Assembly (NCBI GenBank): GCA_038087875.1
Contig: CM075991.1
Coordinates: 10,914,001-10,978,000 of the forward strand
DNA from: Malacoraja senta
Lineage: Eukaryota
Length of the DNA stretch: 64,000 bases
Direction: 5' to 3'
The notes below the pieces were generated by a model, which was not told the origin of the DNA, did not search any database, and saw nothing but the letters and a program-made list of their open reading frames with translations. The translations under genes were made by a program, and so were the position numbers. How positions within the stretch are numbered: the first letter of the stretch is position 1; every line of letters starts with the position of its first letter. Shown in pieces: positions 37,859 through 51,094 of the stretch.

Positions 37859-40800
37859 ATGCATGACGACAATCAAAAGAAAATAGGAGGAATCACATTA
37901 TGTAGTTGGAATATAAGGGGGATTAATGAACCTATTAAAAGGGGCAAGATACTAGCTCAGTTGAAATCATACAACACGGACATAGCGTTTCTACAGGAAA
38001 CACATCTTAAACAGCAAGATCAGACAAGACTGAGGGCGAACTGGATAGGCCAAACATTTCACTCTTCATTTACCTCTAAATCTAGAGGTACTGCAATTAT
38101 TATTCGTAAAGGAATTCCATTTAAACCAAAGAACACTATTTTAGATAAGGAAGGGAGATATCTTATAGTAGCAGGGGAGATCAATAATATGCCAATCACG
38201 CTGGTAAACATATATGCGCCCAACTTTGATAACCCTCAATTTTTTAATAAAATTCTGAATATAATTGCAGAATCTAATTATCAAAATGTTATAATCGGAG
38301 GAGATTTTAATTGTGTTTTAGATCCTTATTTAGATAAATCGATGCAAAAACAAAAAGGTCAGACGAAATCTAAAACCAGTGAACTCTTACACACATATAT
38401 GGAAAACACAAATATAACAGATGTATGGAGGATTGCAAACCCGACGGGAAGGGATTACTCGTTTTATTCAATGGTGCATAAAACATATTCACGGATAGAC
38501 TATTTTCTAGTGGATACAAAATTAATTTCGCAATCTTTGAATCCTAAATATCATATTAATGCGATCTCAGATCATTCTTCGTTAACTTTTGTTCTAAAAC
38601 TAGAAGGAATGTCTATGAATAAACCGTTCTGGAGGTTTAACTCACAAATTTTAAAAGACCCTCAAGGGAGTATCTATCTAAAAAAACAGATGGATCTATT
38701 TTTTGAGTTAAATGATACACCAGAGATATCCCCCACGTTATTATGGGAATCCTTCAAAGCATTTATAAGAGGAGTCATTATTTCATTTCAAGCTTATCAA
38801 AATAAAAAGAATAAGAATGAACAAAGACACTTAGAAGATCAAATAAAACAGTTAGATATAGATAATGCTAAAGACCCAACTATGGATAAACATAATAAAA
38901 TACTACTACTGAAATTTCAGTTAAATAAATTACTGTCAGAGAAAGTTATAACATTATTTCAAATCACAAAACAAGAACACTTCGAATTCGGGGACAAACC
39001 CCACAAACTTCTAGCACGACAACTTAAAAAACGGGAAAAAGAGAATGCAATATTAAAGATTAAATCAGATAGAGGGGAAGTATTAACACTACCCAAGGAT
39101 ATTAATAAAAGATTTGCTCAATTTTACCAGAATCTATACACATCTAAAACGTCAATAGACAATAATAAAATCTCAGAATTTTTAGATAATTGTAATCTAC
39201 CACAATTAGAACGCAGGGAACAAGAGGAACTGGGAGCACAAATTACTTCTAAGGAGATAGAAGACACAATAAAAACACTAAAAAATGGAAAAACACCAGG
39301 ACCAGACGGATTCAGTAATGAATTTTATAAATCTTTTTATGATATAGTTACTCCACGATTACAAAAAATGTATACATATGCTTATAAAGAGCAAAACCTA
39401 CCTGAAACACTAGCGGAATCAACGATCATATTAATACTTAAAAAAGATAAAAATATAGAAGAACCAGGATCATATAGAGCTATTGCTTTGTTAAATACGG
39501 ATCAGAAAATAATAGCAAAAACATTAGCCAATAGATTAAGCAAGTATGTTAGTAGACTAATACATGAGGATCAAACAGGATTTATACCTAAGAGACACTC
39601 ATTTAATAATTTGAGACGTTTGCTTAACATAATGCATTCACATAAATCTTATGACCAAGAGTTAGCTATCATCTCACTGGACGCAGAAAAAGCGTTTGAT
39701 CAAGTAGAATGGGACTATATGATCAAAGTATTGCAAAAATTCCAATTGGGAGAAAACTTTATTGCATGGATAAAACTACTATATAACAAACCTACGGCTA
39801 GAATACTAACTAATAATATATTATCTTCAAAATTCGAATTATCTAGGGGCAACAGACAAGGATGTTCACTATCACCGCTGTTATTTGCTTTGGTAATTGA
39901 ACCCCTTGCTGAAAAAATAAGAACACACTCGAATATTCACGGTTATAACACAAAATATTCAAACAACAAACTATCCCTATATGCTGATGATGTACTACTG
40001 TACATCACAAAACCACAAATTAGTATACCAAATATATTAAACTTAATTGAGGACTTTGGATCCTTTTCAGGATATAGAATAAATTGGAACAAAAGTGAAA
40101 TTATGTCGATTAAACCAAAAGATTCAACACATCTCAGGAAATTCCCTTTTAAAATAGCTATGGAAAAATTCAAATATTTAGGAATTGAGATTACTAGAAA
40201 TTACCATGATATGTTTAAAGCTAATTATAATCCCCTACTTAAGAAATTAAATAATCTGATTAAATTTTGGAAAACACTTCCGATGTCCTTAATAGGTAGG
40301 ATAAATGCTATAAAAATGATTTTCTTACCACAAATCCTTTACCTATTTCAATCAATACCTATATATCTCCCAAAAAAGTTTTTCAAAAAACTGGACTCAG
40401 ACATTACAAATTTTATATGGGATTACAAATCCCACAGAATACAAAGAACACACCTTAACAAACGAAAAGAGTTGGGGGGTCTAGCGCTCCCTAACTTTAT
40501 GTATTATAACTGGGCAGTAAATATTAAAAATATGATTCACCTGCTGGACAATTCTGCCCAGCAGGTGGACTGGATTATAATGGAAAAAGGGGATTGCTCC
40601 CCGAATAATATAGGAGCGATTATTCTCTCTCCAATAAACTTGAATAATAAAAATTATAATAAAAATCCAATTATATATAGCACTATTAGAACATGGAAGC
40701 AAATAAAACAGAATCTAAAATTAAGAAACCTATCTCTCTTAATACCAATAGTCAATAACCCATCGTTTAAACCTTCAATCATAGATAAAGCATTTATACA

Positions 40801-41650
40801 ATGGGAAAGAATGGGAATTAAAACGCTCGAAGATCTGTATGAATTAGAAAAATTACTATCATTCCAACAACTACAACTGAAATATAATTTGAAAAATAAT
40901 CAATATTTTAAATATATACAAATCTGTGACTATTTGAAAACACACACAAAAGATTATTATAATATGCCTTCCGACTTACTAGATGAAGCAATGAAGACAA
41001 AGGCGGAATCAGTTAATTTAATATCATACTTATATAATATCATCTTAAATATAGAAATACCCACAACAGATGGAATTAGAAGAGATTGGGAACAAGATCT
41101 AGGTATAAAAATTTCAAAAGAGAGTTGGGATAATCATTTATTACAGGTGCATAAATGCTCGATCAACGTACGACATACGCTTATCCAATTTAAAACATTA
41201 CATAGATTATATTATTCAAAAACCAAACTAAATAAAATCTTTCCTAACGTCTCACCAATCTGTGATAAATGTATATGTCAAGAAGCTACCATAGCACATT
41301 CTTTTGTTTTTTGTACAAAAATCCAAAAATTCTGGTTTGAAATATTTGATATTTTTTCAAAATTAATCAAAATAAAACTGGTACCAAAACCAGAATGGAT
41401 TATTTTTGGAATATCGGAAGGTATTCCTGAATTAAACGTGTATCAGAAGAATTTACTCAATTATGGGCTAATAATGGGAAAAAAGCTTATACTTAAATTC
41501 TGGAAAAATGCGCCCACACCAACAATAAAAATGTGGACATCAAATATGTTGGAAACATTACATCTGGAAGAGATGAGATTCCTCCTAGTAGGCAAAGTAG
41601 ATCAATTTCAAAAGACGTGGTCTACGTTTTTGGACCTATTACAAGCATGA
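37859..41650 (+). CDS. L1 ORF2p (APE endonuclease, reverse transcriptase, CCHC)
   Basis: SWNIRG, LQETH, GGDFN, SRIDY, SDH; PGPDGF, LDAEKAFD, RQGCSLSP, YADD; CDKC...H...C. No stops; first ATG at 37859. Confidence 0.97.
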   Translation: MHDDNQKKIGGITLCSWNIRGINEPIKRGKILAQLKSYNTDIAFLQETHLKQQDQTRLRANWIGQTFHSSFTSKSRGTAIIIRKGIPFKPKNTILDKEGRYLIVAGEINNMPITLVNIYAPNFDNPQFFNKILNIIAESNYQNVIIGGDFNCVLDPYLDKSMQKQKGQTKSKTSELLHTYMENTNITDVWRIANPTGRDYSFYSMVHKTYSRIDYFLVDTKLISQSLNPKYHINAISDHSSLTFVLKLEGMSMNKPFWRFNSQILKDPQGSIYLKKQMDLFFELNDTPEISPTLLWESFKAFIRGVIISFQAYQNKKNKNEQRHLEDQIKQLDIDNAKDPTMDKHNKILLLKFQLNKLLSEKVITLFQITKQEHFEFGDKPHKLLARQLKKREKENAILKIKSDRGEVLTLPKDINKRFAQFYQNLYTSKTSIDNNKISEFLDNCNLPQLERREQEELGAQITSKEIEDTIKTLKNGKTPGPDGFSNEFYKSFYDIVTPRLQKMYTYAYKEQNLPETLAESTIILILKKDKNIEEPGSYRAIALLNTDQKIIAKTLANRLSKYVSRLIHEDQTGFIPKRHSFNNLRRLLNIMHSHKSYDQELAIISLDAEKAFDQVEWDYMIKVLQKFQLGENFIAWIKLLYNKPTARILTNNILSSKFELSRGNRQGCSLSPLLFALVIEPLAEKIRTHSNIHGYNTKYSNNKLSLYADDVLLYITKPQISIPNILNLIEDFGSFSGYRINWNKSEIMSIKPKDSTHLRKFPFKIAMEKFKYLGIEITRNYHDMFKANYNPLLKKLNNLIKFWKTLPMSLIGRINAIKMIFLPQILYLFQSIPIYLPKKFFKKLDSDITNFIWDYKSHRIQRTHLNKRKELGGLALPNFMYYNWAVNIKNMIHLLDNSAQQVDWIIMEKGDCSPNNIGAIILSPINLNNKNYNKNPIIYSTIRTWKQIKQNLKLRNLSLLIPIVNNPSFKPSIIDKAFIQWERMGIKTLEDLYELEKLLSFQQLQLKYNLKNNQYFKYIQICDYLKTHTKDYYNMPSDLLDEAMKTKAESVNLISYLYNIILNIEIPTTDGIRRDWEQDLGIKISKESWDNHLLQVHKCSINVRHTLIQFKTLHRLYYSKTKLNKIFPNVSPICDKCICQEATIAHSFVFCTKIQKFWFEIFDIFSKLIKIKLVPKPEWIIFGISEGIPELNVYQKNLLNYGLIMGKKLILKFWKNAPTPTIKMWTSNMLETLHLEEMRFLLVGKVDQFQKTWSTFLDLLQA

Positions 41651-42087
41651 GGTGCAATAGTAATTTAGAAAAACAAATAAATAAATAAAAGGTATCTGGA
41701 CCTGGTAATGGGAGGTAAAATAAAAATAGACTTGGTTGGTAGTTCCTTCTCTATGAAGTATGGTATAAGAGTCATAATAGAGCGATTGTTCCTTCTTTCT
41801 TTCTCTTTTTTTTCTAGGGTCTATTTTCTAACTTTACTTCCTTCTCTAACCTCTTTTCTAAGGGGCTTTCTTTTCCCAACACTCTTTTGCACTTCACAAC
41901 CTTTGCGCACTTTCTTCACTTTTCTTACTTCTTTCTTTTTCTTTCTTAAAGTTTAAAAAAGTGAAGCGGTACAAAAAATGTATTAATATATACGTGTTGT
42001 ACATTACTGTAATCTACCGTACTTCTAAAAAATAAAAAAAAAAAAAAAAAATAAAAAAAAAAAAATAAAAAAAAAATAAAAAAAAAA

Positions 42088-42436
42088 AGAACACAGAGAA
42101 CATGGATATGTGACCATTCTGGTTGAGAACGGTCCCGACCCAGAACGTAAGTAAGAATTTCATTGTTCTATCTGGGACATATGACAATAAAACACTTTTG
42201 ACTCTTGACATATTCTCCAGAGATGCTGCCTGACCTGCTGCTCCAGCATTTTGTACCCTTTTGCCTCTTAAACATTGCTATTGTTACATCTGCTTTCATA
42301 TGCTAAATTAAATATTTTACATGGTACTTCATCAAAAGTCATTCCCCATGTCCACATCTGACCCGTAGTCAGGATCGAACCCAGGACTCTGGCACTGTGA
42401 GGCAGCAACACTACCACCGTGCCGTCCTTGAATGAA
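42088..42436 (+). repeat. 349-bp direct duplication, right copy
   Basis: Starts immediately after the L1 poly(A); matches 35101-35449. Confidence 0.95.
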
Positions 42437-43314
42437 GTTATTAATGAATATCCAATGTGTAGGAAGGAACTGCAGATGCTGGTTTAAACCGAAGACAGAC
42501 ACAAAAAGCTGGAGTAACTCAGCGGGTCACACAGCATCTCTGGAGAAGAGGAATGGGGAAAAGAGAAAAAATAGCTCCACTCCGAAGAAAGGTCTCGACC
42601 CATAACGTCACCGATTCCTTCTCTCCAGAGATGCTGTCTAACCCGCTGAGTTACTCCAGCTTTTTGTGTCTTTCTTCAGTGAATATCCAAGACCTCCAAA
42701 AGAGATCTTTGCAGGTCTACAAATCACACCTTCCAATTAAGTAGCTACACTTTCCTTTCTCTAATGAAGGACCGTAATGAAAGACTTCTGGAACTTCAGA
42801 TAAATGATGTGCACCAGAATAGTTTGCATGTGATTTCAGCACCTCTTCAAAAAAAAAAAAAAAAAATCAGATATGTCAGGTTTTGAGCTGTAATCTTAGA
42901 TCAATGCTGGCTCATTCCAATCAGTATAAAGCTCAATGTAGTCAGGCACTCTATAGTTTTGCAGTAATGGACTTTGTCTATAGTTTCCTGTTTTGCTGCT
43001 GCCTGCATCCTTAAATAGCAGAAAGACATGTACAGCTTTCCAAGATGAAGCACTGGCTCCAGAAGCAAGGGGACTTTTATCTTGACCTTGACCTCCAGGC
43101 CATGAGGTCCAGCTGTAAGCCTTCAGAACTCTTGCAATAACAAGGAACTGCAGATGCTGGTTTATACCAAGCATAGGCACAAAGTACTGGAGTAGCTCAG
43201 TGAGTCAGGCAGCATCGGTGGAGAACATGGATAGGTGACGTTTCGGGTCAGGACCCTTCCTCAGACTTTGTCTTTCAGACTCCTTCATCACTCTTTGTGG
43301 TCTGAATAAATCCA

Positions 43315-43700
43315 GTCATAGAGTCACACAGTGTGGAAACAGGCCCTTCAGTCCAACTTGCTCACTCCGGCCAACATATCCCATCTACACTTGTGCCACC
43401 TGCCTGCATTTGGCCCATATCTCTCTGACATTTCCTATTCATGTACCTGCCTAAATGTTGCTTAAACGGAGTGATAGTACCCGTCTCAATTACCAGCAGC
43501 TCGTTCCATACACCCACTATCCTTTGTGTGAAAAAGTTATCCCTCAGGTTCCTATTAAATCTTTCCCCCCTCACCTTAAACCTATGTCCTCTGGTTTTCG
43601 ATTCCCTTACTCTGGACAAGAGACTCTGTGCATCTACCAGATCTATTCCTCTCGTGACTTTGTACATGTCTAGAAGATCAGTACACCTCTATAAGATCAG
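43315..43700 (-). mobile_element. CR1 LINE 3' fragment (second subfamily)
   Basis: ORF 43362-43667 has SKTRGHRFKVRG...FFTQRIVGVWNEL. Confidence 0.85.
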
Positions 43701-43790
43701 TCGACTTACCCTGAAACACTATGGGAAGGAACTGCAGACGCTGCTTTAAACCGATGATAGACAAAAAAATATGAAGTAACTCAGCGGGTC

Positions 43791-43907
43791 CTCATCTTGC
43801 GTATGGCATGCACAGCCTAAAGTTGTAGGACAACGTCCTATTTAATCTTATTTGATTGCATTAGTTGAAACAGGGCTGACCACGTGAATGTTGCAATCTC
43901 GCACCCC
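43791..43907 (-). mobile_element. HDV-like-ribozyme-headed short retroposon, copy 4 (diverged, internally deleted)
   Basis: TSD ACTCAGCGGGTC / ACTCAGTGGGTC; inserted inside a Penelope-type repeat. Confidence 0.75.
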
Positions 43908-44051
43908 ACTCAGTGGGTCAGACAGCATCTCTGTAGAAAAGGAATGGGGAGACCCTTCTTCAGACTGAGAGTCAGGGGAAAGCCTTTCGGCTTTTTTGTT
44001 AATTGTGACCCTAAATATGACTTTGTCCGTGGTGGGCAAGAGCTGAGTCGG

Positions 44052-44362
44052 GACAGCACGGTGGTGCAGCGGTCGAGTTGCTGCCTTACAGCTCCAGAGA
44101 CCAGAGGTTCGATCCTGACTACGGGTGCCGTCTGCACGCAGTTTGTACGTTCTCCCTGCGACCGGGTGGGTTTTCTCCGGGTGCTCTGGTTTCCTCCCAC
44201 ACTCCAAAGACGTGCCGGGTTTTAGGATAATAGGCTTTGGTAAACTTGTAAATTGTGCCTAGTGTGTCGGATAGTGCTAAGGTGCGACGGGATGATCGCT
44301 GGTTGGCGCGGACTCGGTGGGCCGAAGGGCCTGTTTCCGCACCATATCTCTAAAGTTTAAAG
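44052..44362 (+). mobile_element. tRNA-derived V-SINE (HE1-like)
   Basis: A/B boxes, core and tail. Confidence 0.8.
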
Positions 44363-46862
44363 ATTGCTGCACCGTATGTCAAAAAGCTGAACGGGGACAT
44401 GATATATACCCGGACACTCAAAAACGACCGAAGCAGTGTGTATTAAAACATCCTCACACACTTTCAAAATTAATGAGTTATTGGAAGGAATCTGAAATAT
44501 TGTAAAGTGACATTTTAAGTTAACAAGTTGCTTTGAAGACTATTAAAATTGCTTCCAATTAATAAAAAAACTGCATTAAGATTCAGTAGTCATATTAAAT
44601 TAGCATGTTATGTAAATTCTACCATTGCACCTACCACAGCCATTAAAGTCTCTTCTGTAGCAAAGAACATCTTGCAACACTGCATGCAAAATCTTTGGGA
44701 AAGTTATCTATTTTCAGCCCTGGGGAATGAGCACATTTACCCTGCCTTGATTTCAATGAAGGAAACGACATCTGTGCAGCCTACTTGTGCCACTGTTGTG
44801 ACACACGGAACTGCAGATGCCAGCATCTTCAGCAAAACACAAAGTGCTGGAATAACGCAGAGGGTACGGAGGGAGAAGTGTTGTGAGAAGCAGAGTATGG
44901 AGCGTTGTGATCATCCCGGCGAGAGGGCCTGTACATCGGGCCGTCCGTAGCGGCGACTGTGGAGGCTTCTAGGCCCCGACCACGGGCGAACAAAAGGAGG
45001 AAGATGAGTGAACTTTATTGCCTTCCATTACAGTGAGGAATGTTGATTCCATTGTGGTGGATGTTTATGTTAAATTCTATTGTGTATTGTGTTATTTTTA
45101 TTCATATGTCTCTATAGTTTCTCAAATATCACTGTACCAATTGGTGCATGGGACACTAAATGTGAACTAGGACTTGAACTTGAATTTGTGTATGAACTGG
45201 AAGCAGAACTCAAAGCCAGTGGACAGATGGCATGTAGACAAGTGTTTGTTTAGCTTATTGTAACGTGTACTGAGGTACAGTGAAAGGCTTTAGTGTGTGT
45301 TGCATGCTATGCAGTCAGTGGAATTACTATACACGATTACAACCGAGCCGTCCACAGTGTACAGAAACAGGGTAAAGGGAATAACATTTGATAAAGGGAA
45401 TACTTTGAGGGGATTTGGCAGTGGACCAGTGAAGTGGAGTCACCATAAACTGCAGACGTTGCGATCTTGAACAAAACACAAAGTTCTGGAGTAACTCAGT
45501 CTGAAGAAGAGTTCCGACCCAAAACATTGTCTGTCCATTCACTCTACAGATGTTGCCCGACTCACTGAGCTACTCCAGAGGTGTTGTGTTTCCACAGTTC
45601 ATTATTTCTGCCATAGTCCTACATATGAAGATCCATGGTCTATGGATAAATGTCCAAGATATTGCTGCCATGGTCCTAGCTCTCAAAGATAACGGAGTCA
45701 AGGGATACAGGGAGAAGGCAGGAACGGTGTACTGATTGTGGATGATCAGCCATGATCACAGTGAATGGCGGTGCTGGCTCGAAGGGTCGAATGGCCTACT
45801 CCTGCACCTATTGTCTATTCTCTATAATCCGAAGGAATCTATTCCCTTCCTAACCAGTGATGAAAGAAATGTAACTCATCCTACCCACGCCCTTGGACAC
45901 ACAAGTGCTGGAGTAACTTAGCAGGTCAGGCAGTATCTCTAAAGAATATGGATAGGTGAGGTTTCAGGTTGAGACCCCTATTCAGACCCATGTTCTCCAG
46001 AGATGCTGCCTGACCTGCTGAATTACTCCAGCGCTTTGTGTCCATTTGTTTCTTAACCAGCATCTGCAAGTCTTTTCTTCTACCCACCTGTGTTTTCCAC
46101 GAAATATTCATTGTTTTCCACACTCCAGACGGGCAGAAGATACAGAAGCTTGAAAGCACGCACCACCAGACTCAGGAACAGCTTTGTCCCCTCTGTTATC
46201 AGGCTCCTGAACGGAATAGAGGAGTGTGGGAGGAAACCAGAGCAGCCGGAGAAAGCCCACGCAGTCACAGGGAGAATGTACAAACTCCGTACAGACAGCT
46301 CCCTCAGTCAGGATCGAACCTGGGTTTCTGGCCCACGGTAAGGCAGCAACTCTACCACTGCACCACTGTGCCGCCCTCTCAGGTTTATCAATAATTGAAT
46401 TGAAGTGAATTGGATACTTTATTGTCACATGTGACAAGTCACCGTAAAATTCTGTGTGTCACGTACACAAGGTATGCAAAGAGTCGCCACGTAAAGGGCG
46501 CAGACAGTGTTACAAAGTATCCCGCACCAGGTCTTCCTCTGTTCTCCCCCTGCCCCCTCACCCTCCCCCTCCCTCCCAGCTGGCGACGAAACGGCACTTA
46601 TCCATCGTCATTCTGACCTTTGCCAGACACCATCTTGATCCATGTTTGTAGATGTGAGCACAGGGCTGACTCGAAGAAAGTAAAATGAACATGCAAACGG
46701 ATATAACTCGTTCTGCACCTTTCAGTCCGTTTAGATCTAAGGGTCTGGCAGTGGGGAAAATGGTTCCCAAGTCATGATGGACAAAATAAATGTGTAGGAA
46801 GGAACTGCAGATGCTGGTTTAAACCAAAGATAGACACAAAAAGCTGCAGTTGATTGATTGAT

Positions 46863-47117
46863 TGTCTGTGTCTGTGTCTGTGTCTGTGTCTGTGTCTGTG
46901 TCTGTGTCTGTGTCTGTGTCTGTGTCTGTGTCTGTGTCTGTGTCTGTGTCTGTGTCTGTGTCTGTGTCTGTGTCTGTGTCTGTGTCTGTGTCTGTGTCTG
47001 TGTCTGTGTCTGTGTCTGTGTCTGTGTCTGTGTCTGTGTCTGTGTCTGTGTCTGTGTCTGTGTCTGTGTCTGTGTCTGTGTCTGTGTCTGTGTCTGTGTG
47101 TGTCTGTGTCTGTGTCT

Positions 47118-47156
<39 letters not shown>

Positions 47157-47233
47157 CACGCGCGCACGCACATATATATAAATATATATATATACACAAC
47201 ATATAACCAAACATAAAAATGTATATTAAAAAA

Positions 47234-47275
<42 letters not shown>

Positions 47276-47348
47276 GTATATATATATATACACACACATA
47301 TATACATGTGTGTGACAATGTGTGTGTGTATATATATATATATATATT
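46863..47348. repeat. Compound microsatellite (TGTCTG)n-(TG)n-(CG)n-(TA)n/(CA)n
   Basis: Directly visible. Confidence 0.98.
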
Positions 47349-48421
47349 TGCTGAGTTGTTCTGTGCATCTGACAACCAAACACACTTGATTCTTGGTAAG
47401 AAACTGAACACTGAGCAGAAGCTTGCAACCCAGCCTTGCCCTTTTGACGAGCGACATATTAAACATCTTATTATGATGAAAAATCTCATGAACAAAGGCC
47501 AGAGGGATGTTAGGTGCAGAAAATAAACAATTATTTAGGAGAGAGCGCTCTTCTGGAGTGAAGGACTTGTTTTCCCTACTCATGCAAGGTGTAGTGTTGA
47601 TCTGTTGTGTATAAAACCAGTGCACAATACTATTGTAGAAACAAGGAACTGCAGATGCTGGTTAACGCAAAAGAACACAACATGTTGGAGTAATTCAGCG
47701 GGTCAGGCAGCACCTCCGGAGAACAGGGGCAGGTGACGTTTCAGATCGGGACCTTTCTTCAGACTCAATTCTTCAATTCCTGTACTTCAGCTCCAGTACA
47801 TACTGTACTCACAAAACTGAGAACATAGACTGAAGGTAGGCATAACAAGCTGGAGTACCTCAGCGGGACAGGCAGCATCTCTGGAGAGAATGAATGGGTG
47901 GCGTTTTGGGTCGAGACCCTTCTTCAGACCCAGACCCAGTCTAAAGAAGGGTCTCGACCCGAAACGTCACCCATTCCTTCTCTCCAGAGATGCTGCCTGT
48001 CCCGCTGAGGTACTCCAGCTTGTTATGCCTACCTTTGGTTTAAACCAGCATCCTCTGTACACATGGACTGAAGATATCTGTATAGTTATTTATAAATCTT
48101 ATAGTTATTTTCTGGACATTATTGAAGTAATCTACGCGGTGATTGTGTTGGATTCAGACGGGATCTGCAAAGGATTTGTACAAAAAATTAATCTCACATC
48201 AAAGCTTTCAATCAGGATGGCGTGCTATCAATGGCTAATGAGGGACAATTCTACAAAGCTTCAATGGTCGTTTATCAGCTTATTATATGTTTAAATTAGT
48301 TTGAAAGAATGAATGGACGGGAAGGGGCTTGGGTGCACTGGAGATACGATCTGCCTCTGGTTCAATTCACAGCTGTAGCTTTAAGGTTGTGTGACACCCT
48401 TCTGTAAGCCAGAACCCCTTG

Positions 48422-48740
48422 GCTTAGCTTAGTTTAGAGATACAGCACGGAAACAGGTCCTTCAGCCCACCGAGTCCATGCTGACCAGCGATCCCCGCAC
48501 ACTAACACTATCCTACACTAGGGACAATTTTTACATTTATACCGAGCCAATTAACCTACAAACCTGTACCTCTTTGGAGTGTGGGAGGAAACCAAAGTTC
48601 TCGGAGAAAACCCACGCAGGTCACGGGGAGAACGCACAAACTCCGTACAGACAGCACCCGTAGCCAGGATCAAACCCGGGTCTCTGGCGTTGTAAGCGCT
48701 ATAAGGCAGCAACTCTACAGCTGCGCCATCATGCCGCCCA
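48422..48740 (-). mobile_element. tRNA-derived V-SINE (HE1-like)
   Basis: Reverse-complement copy of the family. Confidence 0.8.
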
Positions 48741-49279
48741 TAATAAATGGTGGTAATAAATGTTGCAAACTTTCTTCCAGAAGCCTCGTTTCCTTCACTA
48801 ATTTATACACTTAATTTCATGAACATTTTTTATGTCTGCTCAGTTCACATAAAGTCAGACATCATTTTTACATCCTTGTCCATTTGTGATCGTTCGGTCT
48901 CCAAACTGATTCATTTTAAGGCCATATCCTCATGCGTTTGAATGCAAAGGAGGTTCTAGCACAGAAGGAGGCCATTGAGCCCATCATGCCCACACTTGTT
49001 CTCTAGTTTAGTTTTGTTTGGTTTAGTTTAGAATTACAGTGTGGAAACGGGCTCTTCAGCCCACTGAGTCCGCACCAACCAGTGATCCCCGCACACTAAC
49101 ACTATCCTACACACTTTTTACAATTTTTACCGAAGCCAATTACAGCTACAAACCTGTACGTCTTTGGAATGTGGGAGGAAATCAGAGCACCCGGGGAAAA
49201 CTCATGCGGTCACAGGGAGAACGTACAGATTCTGTACAGCACCCGCAATCAGGATTGAACCCGAGTGTTGGCGCTGTAA

Positions 49280-49688
49280 TGCCCCTGACCCACTTAGGAA
49301 ACCTGAACGGAAACCTCTGGAGACTTTGCGCCCCACCCAAGGTTTCCGTGCAGTTCCCGGAGGTTTTTGTCAGTCTCCCTAATGGTCGAAAATGGTTTCA
49401 GCTTTGTCTATGTTCCGGCGAATATTTCAAAAAATTCCACACCGGCCGTGACTAAAAATAGGTTGCCGTTTTAAAAATCGGTAATTGCCGGAGGTTGCAG
49501 GTGGTTGCCGGAGGTTGCAGGTAGTGGAAGGTCTTACCTTCCACTACCTGCAACCTCCGGCAACCACCTTCAACTAGCATCGCAACCGGCTTCGACTAAA
49601 AAAGTACCGATTTTTAAAACGGCAACCTTGGGTGGGGCGCAAAGTCTCCAGAGGTTTCCGTTCAGGTTTCCTAAGTGGGACAGGTGCA
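49280..49688. mobile_element. PIF/Harbinger MITE nested in a SINE
   Basis: TAA TSD (49277-79, 49689-91); ~60-bp TIRs CCCACTTAGGAAACCTGAACGGAAACCTCTGGAGACTTTGCGCCCCACCCAAGGTT; the SINE resumes as GGCAGCAACTCTAC. Confidence 0.9.
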
Positions 49689-50507
49689 TAAGGCAGCAAC
49701 TCTACCGCTGTGCAACTGACCCTTGGCACCAGACCACAGTACACTTGGCAGCAGATTGCTTCACCGAGAGCGAGGAGGGGCCTGCGAGCGTAGGGAACCA
49801 CCGAGAGCGTAGGTGGACTGTCGAGAGCGAGGTGGGCCGTTGAGAACGAGGGGGGACACGGTGAGGGGCCGCCTGCTGCCACATGAGGTGGCCCATGGTA
49901 GGTGGCAAATATGAGAGTTCAGTGACCTTTGTCAGTATCGTGGCAACACTATTGCACTACGCGGTGTCCACGGGGACTTTGGAGGCCTTCCGTAAACGCT
50001 GATCGCCACGGGAAGTCGAGTGTTTTGTTGATAAAGTTGGCGTCATATTAATTTGATGATCATTTGCTTGTAAAACTGTAAAGATAGGCAGTATTTGATT
50101 GTGTTAATTTGTATGTTTATCTTTATTTTTTGAATAAAAGTATTTGCATAATGAGAAAAGAGGTGAGGTCCGCTGTATGATTTTGCCGCGTTACATGCAA
50201 AACAAAGCATTTCACTGTACCTCGGTATCACTGAATTGAATCATAGAATTTCCCAGCCTGGAGTTCCTCTTGCGGAACCTGTCAGTCAGTATGTCAGCTC
50301 AACAAGATCCCAACTCGAGCCTAACTTACCCTATCCCTGGTGCTCAAGTTAAGCCCCTGCCCCAGTTTCACGACCTAATTCGCGACCTCTGACGACCTTA
50401 AACAACCTAAAAAAACAAGGTCGCGGTAACCTACGACTTCCTACGACCTTCCACGACTATGAGTACGACCTCCTACGGCCTTCCACGACTATGTCTGCGA
50501 CCTCCTG

Positions 50508-50962
50508 CGACTATGTTGAAGACCTCCCACAACTGTTGAAGACCTCCCACGACTATGTTGAAGACCTCCCACGACTATGTTGAAGACCTCCCACGACTAT
50601 GTTGAAGACCTCCCACGACTATGTTGAAGACCTCCCACGACTATGTTGAAGACCTCCCACTACTATGTTGAAGACCTCCCACAACTATGTTGAAGACCTC
50701 CCACGACTATGTTGAAGACCTCCCACAACTATGTTGAAGACCTCCCACAACTATGTTGAAGACCTCCCACAACTATGTTGAAGACCTCCCACAACTATGT
50801 TGAAGACCTCCCACAACTATGTTGAAGACATCCCACAACTATGTAGAAGACCTCCCACCACTATGTTGAAGACCTCCCACCACTATGTTGAAGACCTCCC
50901 ACAACTATGTTGAAGACCCCCCACGACTATGTTGAAGACCTCCTTTGACTATGTTGAAGACT
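50508..50962 (+). repeat. 22-bp minisatellite (ACTATGTTGAAGACCTCCCACR), about 20 units, subterminal in the Harbinger element
   Basis: Directly visible tandem array with no spacers. Confidence 0.95.
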
Positions 50963-51094
50963 GGCTTCGACCATGTACGTTTTACTGCTGTTTGCAGTAG
51001 CCCTTTTGCTTCAGCAGCCTTTTAAGAAAGGCAGAAGGGGAAGAGCAAGGGTGAAGAGGAAGCAGAAGAAGAGGTCTCAATGGGTGAATGGAGA

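Larger units (their letters stand above)
35450..42087 (+). mobile_element. Full-length L1-clade LINE with intact ORFs
   Basis: 5' ACTTCCGGTT start, ORF1, 1.2-kb inter-ORF spacer, ORF2, T-rich 3' UTR, poly(A) at ~42027-42087. Confidence 0.97.

Noticed and set aside
46737..47625. Poly-TQ/HR/TD/CL/CV ORFs
   Set aside because: Translations of microsatellites.
50508..50962. Regular 22-bp repeats resembling a CRISPR array
   Set aside because: Head-to-tail units with no unique spacers, in eukaryotic DNA and inside a Harbinger element: a minisatellite.
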